A DNA stretch of 64,000 bases. Origin: Octopus sinensis (Eukaryota). The notes under the pieces were generated by a model that did no database searches, had not been told where the DNA came from, and saw nothing but the letters and a program-made list of their open reading frames with translations. A program made the translations under genes and the position numbers. Location: the NCBI RefSeq assembly GCF_006345805.1, contig NC_043007.1, positions 61,690,001 through 61,754,000 on the forward strand, given 5' to 3'. Shown one piece after another: positions 27,245 to 36,640 of the stretch (positions within the stretch are counted from its first letter, which is position 1; every line of letters starts with the position of its first letter).

Positions 27245-27315
27245 AACTCAGTTGTCTGAAAACATATCCAAATACATTACTCCTGAGAAGAAGAAGCAGA
27301 AGGTAAAGAAAAAAG
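27245..27315 (+). CDS. CFAP92: CFAP92-like exon 6 (TQLSENISKYITPEKKKQKVKKK)
   Basis: tctttcag acceptor, gtaatt donor, 71 nt, phase 2 to 1. Lys-rich. Confidence 0.65.
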
Positions 27316-28172
27316 GTAATTTTATGCTTTGATTTATTGATTCATTGATTTCTTGTTATTCAGTCATCACACAGAAATAGTGTAGGGATGTCTAAGACTG
27401 GTCTTAATGGGTCCATAGGTAGCAAGAGGGTATAACTCTTAATTGAACCTTATTTAAATGGTAATATTTATTCCCACTTAAATGTGGATGTTCTGTTGGA
27501 ACAAACTTTGGTGAGGTGGATACCATGAGAGAAACTCTCTAATAGGCTAAAGGTGGAAAATGCACACTTGTTTTGAATTGTTAGTGGGGGAAATAAATCT
27601 CCAACAGCTCCAGCAGTCTCGGTGGTTTTGATAGTCTCGGTGCTGATGTTGGGGATTTACATTCCTGCTAGTGATATAAACAAGAGTGCCTTTTGCACCA
27701 AAAGCCTATATTAGAGTTTCTCTCATAGTAGCTACACAAATGTACAGATAAACATACCTCTAGTATATATTATGAACCGAAAGAGACGTTTTGTACATTT
27801 CTATTTCAATTTCAATTTTCTATATCACAATTATTCAAAATTGCAATTATTATTATTTTTTCACATTTCCTGCAGAAATTACCTCTCATATACTTAACTT
27901 ACTAAAATATGAATTCTAGATTTAACAGCTTATGCTAATTGTAAATCAAATTTATTGACCATTATTCAATTATGCTAAGGAGGTAGTTCTCCCCCTTGCC
28001 ACCTGTTGCCTGCCTCTATCCACTCTGTCCATTTTTACTTCTCAAGAAATCCAAAATGGCATGACTCCTTGTCTCAAGGAATTATTACTTCACAATGTTC
28101 CTTGAAAAGCTAATTCAAATAGTAAAAACCAGTTGGATATCACTACATTTTATGAGACTTTTACCATCATCC

Positions 28173-28218
<46 letters not shown>

Positions 28219-28427
28219 ATATATGTCTTTAGTCTTTAGTCTTTTAGTTGTTTCAGTCATTTGACTGCAGCCATGCTGGAGCACCGCCTTTTAGTCGAGC
28301 AAATTGACCCCGGGACTTATTCTTTGTAAGCCCAGTACTTATTCTATCGGTCTCTTTTTGCCGAACCACTAAGTGATGGGGACGTAAACACACCAGCATC
28401 GGTTGTCAAGCAATGCTAGGGGGACAA

Positions 28428-28460
<33 letters not shown>

Positions 28461-28863
28461 CATATATACGACAGGCTTCTTTCAGTTTCCTTCTACCAAA
28501 TCCACTCACAAGGCATTGGTTGGCCCAGGGCTATAGCAGAAGACACTTGCCCAAGATGCCACGCAGTGGGACTGAACCCGGAACCATGTGGTTGGTTAGC
28601 AAGCTACTTACCACACAGCCACTCCTCTATAAAAAGATATTAAAACTATGTGAAATGAAGGCATTTTTCTCCCCCATTCTTTATATATGTATTCCACATA
28701 TTTTCACTTCATAATTTTGCAATGTGGTGTATACTGATTCTCCAGCATTTTTGCTCCTTTATATTATATATATATATTTATACATAATTAGGATAAAATC
28801 ATTATTTAATGAATTTATCAGTGGCCAGCATACTAAAAATACCATAATGGTTAATTTATATTA

Positions 28864-29384
28864 AAATTATAATAAGGGTGTTGAATGATTCCACACCAGT
28901 CTGCTAGAAATAGACCCCATATGGTCTATGAACCACTTAGATTTTTACTCCACTACACTAGGTTGTAAGCAAGGAAAATAGACAGCAAGGATTTATAAAA
29001 TAATTTGAATAGTCCTAAATCTATAGATTTCATGGTATGAGTTATTAAAAACCTTTTCCGCTGAAATAGGCACTTGGATTTTAATGCATGAATACGTGCG
29101 AAATGCATGTACATTATTTGCCCTTATGTTGGTATGTATAATGTATTTTTCATTTATTTACATTCAGTATGTTGCCACTGATGATTAGAAAGGGTTTTTA
29201 AATAACTCGTACTGTGAAATCTATAGATTTGGGACTATCTAAATTATTTCATAAATCTGCACTGTCTATTTTCCTTGCTTACAACCTTGTGTAGTAGAGT
29301 AAAAATCTAAGTTGTTCATAGACCATTTGGGGTCTATTTCTAGCAGACTGGGGTTGTAATCATTCAACACCCTTATTATAATTT
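28864..29384. mobile_element. Fold-back element (arms 28864-29053 and 29193-29384) carrying an HHR motif, PLE-like
   Basis: Imperfect inverted arms of about 190 bp. The HHR core lies in the spacer and continues into the right arm. Duplicated at 30092-30612. Confidence 0.7.
29171..29235 (+). ncRNA. Candidate type-I hammerhead ribozyme (sense to the host pre-mRNA)
   Basis: GTTGCCA-CTGATGA-(TTAG...GGGTT..AACTC...CTGT)-GAAA-TCTATAGA-T-T-TGGGAC. Palindromic stem III. Stems I and II are imperfect. Confidence 0.55.
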
Positions 29385-29408
29385 CATATATATATATATA
29401 TATATAAT

Positions 29409-29439
<31 letters not shown>

Positions 29440-29656
29440 GTATGTATATATATGTCTTTAGTCTTTAGTCTTTTAGTTGTTTCAGTCATTTGACTGCAGC
29501 CATGCTGGAGCACCGCCTTTTAGTCGAGCAAATTGACCCCGGGACTTATTCTTTGTAAGCCCAGTACTTATTCTATCGGTCTCTTTTTGCCGAACCACTA
29601 AGTGATGGGGACGTAAACACACCAGCATCGGTTGTCAAGCAATGCTAGGGGGACAA

Positions 29657-29687
<31 letters not shown>

Positions 29688-30398
29688 CATATATACGACA
29701 GGCTTCTTTCAGTTTCCTTCTACCAAATCCACTCACAAGGCATTGGTTGGCCCAGGGCTATAGCAGAAGACACTTGCCCAAGATGCCACGCAGTGGGACT
29801 GAACCCGGAACCATGTGGTTGGTTAGCAAGCTACTTACCACACAGCCACTCCTCTATAAAAAGATATTAAAACTATGTGAAATGAAGGCATTTTTCTCCC
29901 CCATTCTTTATATATGTATTCCACATATTTTCACTTCATAATTTTGCAATGTGGTGTATACTGATTCTCCAGCATTTTTGCTCCTTTATATTTATATATA
30001 TATATTTATACATAATTAGGATAAAATCATTATTTAATGAATTTATCAGTGGCCAGCATACTAAAAATACCATAATGGTTAATTTATATTAAAATTATAA
30101 TAAGGGTGTTGAATGATTCCACACCAGTCTGCTAGAAATAGACCCCATATGGTCTATGAACCACTTAGATTTTTACTCCACTACACTAGGTTGTAAGCAA
30201 GGAAAATAGACAGCAAGGATTTATAAAATAATTTGAATAGTCCTAAATCTATAGATTTCATGGTATGAGTTATTAAAAACCTTTTCCGCTGAAATAGGCA
30301 CTTGGATTTTAATGCATGAATACGTGCGAAATGCATGTACATTATTTGCCCTTATGTTGGTATGTATAATGTATTTTTCATTTATTTACATTCAGTAT

Positions 30399-30463
30399 GT
30401 TGCCACTGATGATTAGAAAGGGTTTTTAAATAACTCGTACTGTGAAATCTATAGATTTGGGAC
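30399..30463 (+). ncRNA. Duplicate of the 29171-29235 hammerhead motif
   Basis: Identical motif 1228 nt downstream, within the tandem duplication. Confidence 0.55.
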
Positions 30464-30612
30464 TATCTAAATTATTTCATAAATCTGCACTGTCTATTTT
30501 CCTTGCTTACAACCTTGTGTAGTAGAGTAAAAATCTAAGTTGTTCATAGACCATTTGGGGTCTATTTCTAGCAGACTGGGGTTGTAATCATTCAACACCC
30601 TTATTATAATTT

Positions 30613-30652
<40 letters not shown>

Positions 30653-31691
30653 TAGCACATGTGAAGGTGCATGGCTTGGTGGTTAGAATGTTGGGCTTAC
30701 AGTTGTGAGATTGTAAGGTCAATTCCCAGACTTGGCTATGTGTTGTGTTCTTGAGTCAGACACTTTATTTCATGTTAATCCAGTTTACTCAGTTGTAGAA
30801 ATAAGTTGGGATATCACTGATGCCAAGCTGTGTTGACCTTTGCCTTTCCTTTGGACAACATCGGTGACATGGAGAAGGAAAACTGGCATGCCTGTGTTAG
30901 GTTGAATAATGTGCTAATGAATATTCATCACAAGACAGTTTCTATCACTAATAGCTAATAAATACAATCTGCCAGCATCGTGCAACATTAGTGATTATTT
31001 TGCTAGTGTTAAACTATAGTGATTTAATTGAATTCTTGATCTGGCATTTGGTGTTTTGGCTGCCTCTTGATGGTGGTCAACAAATTATAGTGAAATCACA
31101 TGATACAACAGTACCTTCCACTGTTGCTGATGAAATTTTATCAACTGATATAATTTATGCATTTTAGCTTTTGTCATATACACAAGATGATTTATTAGGA
31201 TGTTTAACTCAGTCTAAAATGTTAATAATACATACAATTTAGGTGGGAAGTATTTCAAAGGCTTTTTGTTGTTAATATATATGTATGTATATTTATATAT
31301 ATATACATACATACATACATACATATATATTATATATATATATATATATATATGTAAGGTGGCAAGCTGGCTAAATCGTTAGTACACAGGGCAAAATGCT
31401 TATTAGCTTTTCCCATTCTAAGTTCAAATTCTTCCAAGTTCAACTTTGCCTTTCATTCTTTTAAGGTCACTAAAATAAGTACCATTTGTGCCAAAATTAG
31501 AAACCATATATATTATATTTATAATATATATATATATATATATACAAAGAGCAATAAAGATTCAAGTTAATTTTAAAAATTACTTGAATATGTACCTAAC
31601 TTAGATGCACAAAAAAAAAAACTATACTGATTAACAATACAGTAATGTGGGGTGATTATAAGCGAGAAAGAAGCAACAAGAATGGATAGGT

Positions 31692-31780
31692 TTTTAGTAC
31701 GATGTTTCATACAAGGACAGGTTTTATTAAAAGTTGCAAAGATTACAGCATATAAACGAGTCCCGTACTCATCAGCTAAA
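31692..31780 (-). ncRNA. Inverted sister hammerhead (1-nt deletion in stem III)
   Basis: CTGATGA at 31769-75 (rc) and GAAA at 31705-08 (rc). Stem III reads ACATCGT. Confidence 0.7.
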
Positions 31781-32241
31781 CATGTAAGTTCTCTAGACAT
31801 CCTAGTGTTTGAGGCTATACTCATGAAGTAATGTAGATAATTAAACAGATTTCTAAAGTTCATTAAAGTTCTTTAAAGATGATGTACAGTCTTATCACAG
31901 AATTTTAAAAAAGTTTTGATAGCATCACAGAGAAGGTGACCTAATCCATATGAATTTCCATAGATATGATGAGGGATTATATACTCACAGAAGACAAATT
32001 TATCCCTTGTTAATTACAACGAGGTGGGTCTCAATTCCTGTTATTAGCCACAGAGAGGGTGAATTAATCCTTTGTATATATGCACAGATTCCAATGGTGT
32101 AGATGTAGATTTTAAAATTCTGTGATAAGACTGTACATCATATTTAAAGAACTTTAATGAACTTTAGAAATCTGTTTAATTATATCTACATTACTTCATG
32201 AGTATAGCCCAACACTAGGATGTCTAGAGAACTTACATGTA

Positions 32242-32328
32242 TTTTAGCTGATGAGTACGGGACTCGTTTAATGCTGTAATCTTGCAACTTTTAATAAAAC
32301 TGTCCTGTATGAAACGATCGTACTAAAA
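32242..32328 (+). ncRNA. Minimal type-I hammerhead ribozyme with canonical core (GUA triplet)
   Basis: TTTTAG-CTGATGA-GTACGGGAC...GTCCTGTAT-GAAA-CGATCG-TA-CTAAAA: 6-bp stem I, 9-bp stem II, palindromic ACGATCGT. Confidence 0.85.
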
Positions 32329-32359
32329 AACCTATCATTCTTGTTGCTTCTTTCTCGCG

Positions 32360-32464
<105 letters not shown>

Positions 32465-32614
32465 CGTTTTGGGATTTGGTTTGCAAGATTCTTTATATGA
32501 GTTCATGTGTTGAAGCATATTCTGTTGTGTCTGGAGAGAGTAATTTTCTTTTTGTGCCTTATAATTTAACACACTCACCGGTAAGATTTCCACTTATTTC
32601 TTATTTTTATTTTC

Positions 32615-32651
32615 CTAAAATTTTTGTTGCGTCTTGCAACCTTTTCAATAG
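32615..32651 (-). ncRNA. Degenerate hammerhead, U3-A8 core variant, G12 lost
   Basis: CTA-TTGAAAA-G-GTTGC-AAGAC-GCAAC-AAAA-AT-T-T-TAG. Same layout as the 956-1006 motif. Confidence 0.45.
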
Positions 32652-32678
32652 TCAACAGTATATATATATATATATATA

Positions 32679-32753
<75 letters not shown>

Positions 32754-32801
32754 CATTAAACGATGATAATGATATGTGTGTGAGTGTGTGTGTGTGCGTG
32801 C

Positions 32802-32861
<60 letters not shown>

Positions 32862-33195
32862 TACTCTTTCCTTGCCATACAACTATCGCATGATGGTTGT
32901 AAAGAAGTTTCACTCTTATGCAAGCAGTGACCATTTCTGATTTTCTGTGTAAATATGTCTGGTTATGGAGAAATGTTACATGAACTGATAACAGGTGAAA
33001 GTTTGGCAACATGGAAAGCATCTGGTCATAGTAAATCTGTGTCTAAAAATTCTGTCCAACCCATGTGAGCATAGAAAAGGGAACATTGAAATGATGATGG
33101 TCATGATGATGTTTGCTGCATACAAGAACTAATAGTTATTTGTCAGTATAATCTATGTTATTCTTTAATCTACATGCTATTTTAATTTCTTATAG

Positions 33196-33261
33196 AGACA
33201 TTCAATCAAAAAATCCAAACCATTGCCAAGATTGTTTTCAAGATGTGTCACTTTTTCTCAG
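33196..33261 (+). CDS. CFAP92: CFAP92-like exon 7 (ETFNQKIQTIAKIVFKMCHFFSG)
   Basis: ttcttatag acceptor, CAG|gtttgt donor, 66 nt, phase 1 to 1. Confidence 0.75.
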
Positions 33262-33773
33262 GTTTGTGAGCTCTTACAATCTCATTTTGACTCAGTCTAA
33301 TTCTGTTCCTCCTTTATCTATTTCTTGTTAATGTGAATATAGCTGTGTAAAAGCTCATGGCTCAGTGGTTAGAGTGTTGGGCTCACAATCATGAGGTAGT
33401 GAGTTCGATTCCAAGACTGAGCTGTGCGTTGTGTTCTTGAGCAAGACACTTTATTTCGTGTTGCTCCAGTTCAGCTGTAGAAATGAGTTGCTTGTGATTT
33501 ATTACAGCTTATAAGATGTTCCAGGTCATAAGTATCTGGAAAAAATCATGCACAATATTGAACACACATATACAAGGTATATGTTTTGCCAGTTTGTGGG
33601 CAGGCTGCAATCTATAGGTGTAAGAGAATATATTCTCTTCAATTTGATAGGTGTTAAAACACTTAGAAGTCATAGACAAAACACATACCTTGTGTATGTG
33701 TATTTGATATTGTTTATATCCCTCAGGCTGCTCCTCATTCATTTTTGAATATGTGTGTGTGTGTGTGATATAT

Positions 33774-33830
33774 GTATTCTGATGACAGAATATCCCATAC
33801 TCTGAGATATCTCAGAAACAGCTGTAAGAC
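33774..33830 (+). ncRNA. Solo hammerhead-like motif, weak stem I
   Basis: CTGATGA at 33779-85, GAAA at 33815-18, palindromic ACAGCTGT, then A. A stem II AGAATATC/GATATCT is possible. Confidence 0.45.
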
Positions 33831-34139
33831 TTTGAATCTTTTTTCCCAATAATAATAATGTATATGATCTGAGAATTTTGCCTTGACTTAACGTTTGTTG
33901 TCCTCTTTAACAATTATATATCTGCTACATTAGAAATCTGCAATGGCTCCATAACTACCATCTCGGCTATAACCTTGGAGCCATAGTAATCTGTTACATC
34001 ATTTACCTAGCGTACCTAGTTGTTTAGATCACCTGTGAACTAAACCCCCATATTTTGTATATATATATATATGTATATATATATTCGATATTTTATTTTT
34101 TGAATGTTTCAGGCAAAATGCCAGCGTCATTACCTTTTC

Positions 34140-34278
34140 AGTGGCCACCAGCTGCCCTCTTTTGAGTTTCTTGCCATGATATAGGTTAATCTGGGAACTT
34201 GGACTGCAGGAAATCAAGCTGTTTCTTAAAAACATCTACCCCTACTCCATGAAGATCCCTTGGATATTTTGGCAAGGC
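34140..34278 (-). mobile_element. CR1/L2-group LINE 3' fragment
   Basis: [30 protein letters not shown] fits the LP...FK..LD..L..PD C-terminal motif. Confidence 0.6.
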
Positions 34279-34366
<88 letters not shown>

Positions 34367-34387
34367 CACACACACACACACACACAC

Positions 34388-34443
<56 letters not shown>

Positions 34444-34617
34444 ATGTGGGGCTGGCCGGATCGGAGCGATCTCAAGATTAATCAGCCGAAATTGCTAGGA
34501 TGATCTGGTTCTTGACTGAAGATTGAAGGCTTCGAATGTCCCGTCCATGTTTTTTGTATCGTCTTTTTTGTATTGTCTTCTAAATGTTTTACGTTCTTGT
34601 CCCAGTTTGTATTTTTC

Positions 34618-34654
<37 letters not shown>

Positions 34655-35012
34655 CTAGCTGAAGGTGACTCGCTCTACGCACGGGTAAGAGTGTGGTTGT
34701 TACTTTCTGTTGCTTCCTTTCAGCATGTAAAAAGCACCATCCAAACGTGGCGGATTGCAGCTTCTTGACTGGCTTATGTGCTGGTGGCATGTAAAAAGCA
34801 CCAACCGATCGTGGCCGCTGCCAGCCCCCCTGGCACCTGTGCCGGCGGCACGAAAAAAGCATCCACTACGCTCACAGAGTGGTTGGCATTAGGAAGGGCA
34901 TCCACCTGTAGAAACACTGCCAGATCAGACTGGAGCCTGGTGCAGCCTCCTGGCTTCCCAGACCCCGGTCAAACTCTCCAATCTGTGCTAGCACGGAAAA
35001 CGGACGTTAAAC

Positions 35013-35046
<34 letters not shown>

Positions 35047-35829
35047 CTCCCTCCTTTCTCTCTCACTTTCCCACTCGGTTACTCTTCCCTTCTCTCGGAC
35101 TCTCCCTCGCTTTCTCTTACTCTCTATCTTTATCTATCTCTCTCCCATTTATAAACAACAAAAGATCTTGAGTAAGTTGAGAAATAAAATATTTAGAAAG
35201 ATCAATCATAAATATCAGGCAGTAACAACGGAAAGGTCTGCTTCAAGGCAGACAGCAAAACACTAACATTTAAAAGGGACAGACGAACTTGCGAGCTGGA
35301 TAAAAATAATAAAATATTGGAAACCAAAGTTTGAAGGGATAGAATTTGAGGATAGTAGAGTCACCATGGCTGGCATTTCTTAACGACGGACAGCAACGTA
35401 TTGACAGTTTAACGACTGGCGTAAAATTTTGAACTTGATGTAAAAGAAAATCCCTAAACACTAAGTTTTGAATTGATTCTTTCTCATGACAGTAGACTCA
35501 CCATGGCAAGCATTCAAAACTTCTTCATCATGGACGGCAACACATTGATGATTAAAAGGCTGGTGCAAATTTTTTAGCTTAATGTAACAGAGAATTGCTA
35601 AACACCCGCTCTTTAAAATTTTAATCCCCTTCAAGCCCCTTTTCACATTTTGGTTAATATAACCCAATTTCATTCAGGTCTACTGGGGCCACATTTTATA
35701 AGATGAGGAATTTTGTCCTAGAGGTCACACCTTTCATTTGAGGAAAAATATAGTTGTCATGCAAACTTGCCAGCACTTTTAACATAGGTGTGCATATTTT
35801 CAGCTCAACCGACCACATAATGCACACAT

Positions 35830-35861
<32 letters not shown>

Positions 35862-36573
35862 ATATATATGTATATATGTGTGTGTGTGTGTGTGTGTATG
35901 TGTGTTGGAGTCTCTCTCATACGTGAGCGTTGACGCTGAATTTGACTGGTAAGCAGGTAACCTTGTCTTTGTTGAAATAGTTGTGAGCTGCTGGAGTTAT
36001 TTCTCTGACGGGTAATAAGAATTTCCATATCCTCCGAGGAAACGAACTGTTGACCCAGACAATTAGAATTAATTTTAATAAAAGCATCAATTTAAGAAAA
36101 AATAAAAAAGTAGTAAAAAATGAAAATTTAGCACGAAAAATTTGCAGGGTCTAAATAAATGTTAAAATGTAATAGATACGAAATACCTATGTTATCACCA
36201 GAAAACGAACGCTCGTTGGTGTGTTCTGTTTGTATTTGGTCGATCAGCGTGTTGACAGGCAGACAATAGAATGCGATGACGATGGCGATGGAATATTTGT
36301 TTCTCTCTATGAATGCAGACAGATACATAAGTGAAAGTTATGGGAAGGTAAGAAATAGAGTGAGTGAAAATGTGCTGGAAAGAGAGGAAATAGCGAGAGT
36401 GAGGAAGATGGCCCCTAGCAACGACACCTTTTAAGATAGGGATTTCTAAGGTAGCCCACGGGCATCGTCACCTCATTTTACATGTCCCTGTAAATTTTGG
36501 AGTGAATCGGACGGGATGTAGAGGCATTGAAAGCGATCCAAGCGGTAAAAACACATTTCAGTTTTATATATAG

Positions 36574-36574
<1 letters not shown>
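34655..36574 (-). mobile_element. Probable non-autonomous Helitron with a nested RTE-tail element (about 34690-35045)
   Basis: Minus strand starts A|TC (36574) and ends CTAG|T (34655). Weak GC hairpin about 11 nt from the 3' end. No TSD. Confidence 0.45.
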
Positions 36575-36620
<46 letters not shown>

Positions 36621-36640
36621 TATGTATATGTATATGTATA

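Larger units (their letters stand above)
28200..30650. repeat. Near-identical tandem duplication, period about 1228 bp (SINE plus fold-back element), bounded by (TA)n
   Basis: GTCTTTAGTC at 28225 and 29454. The only differences I saw are small indels in microsatellite or AT runs. Confidence 0.9.
31662..32358. mobile_element. Inverted pair of PLE-like repeats with HHRs (arms 31662-31910 and 32110-32358)
   Basis: Arms of about 249 bp with a 199-bp spacer. The arms differ mainly by 1-nt indels. Confidence 0.8.

Noticed and set aside
28403-28714. Recurrent ORFs ending RRHLPK..RSGTEPGTMWL or EDTCPRCHAVGLNPEPCG
   Set aside because: These are antisense readings of SINE family A, repeated at every copy.
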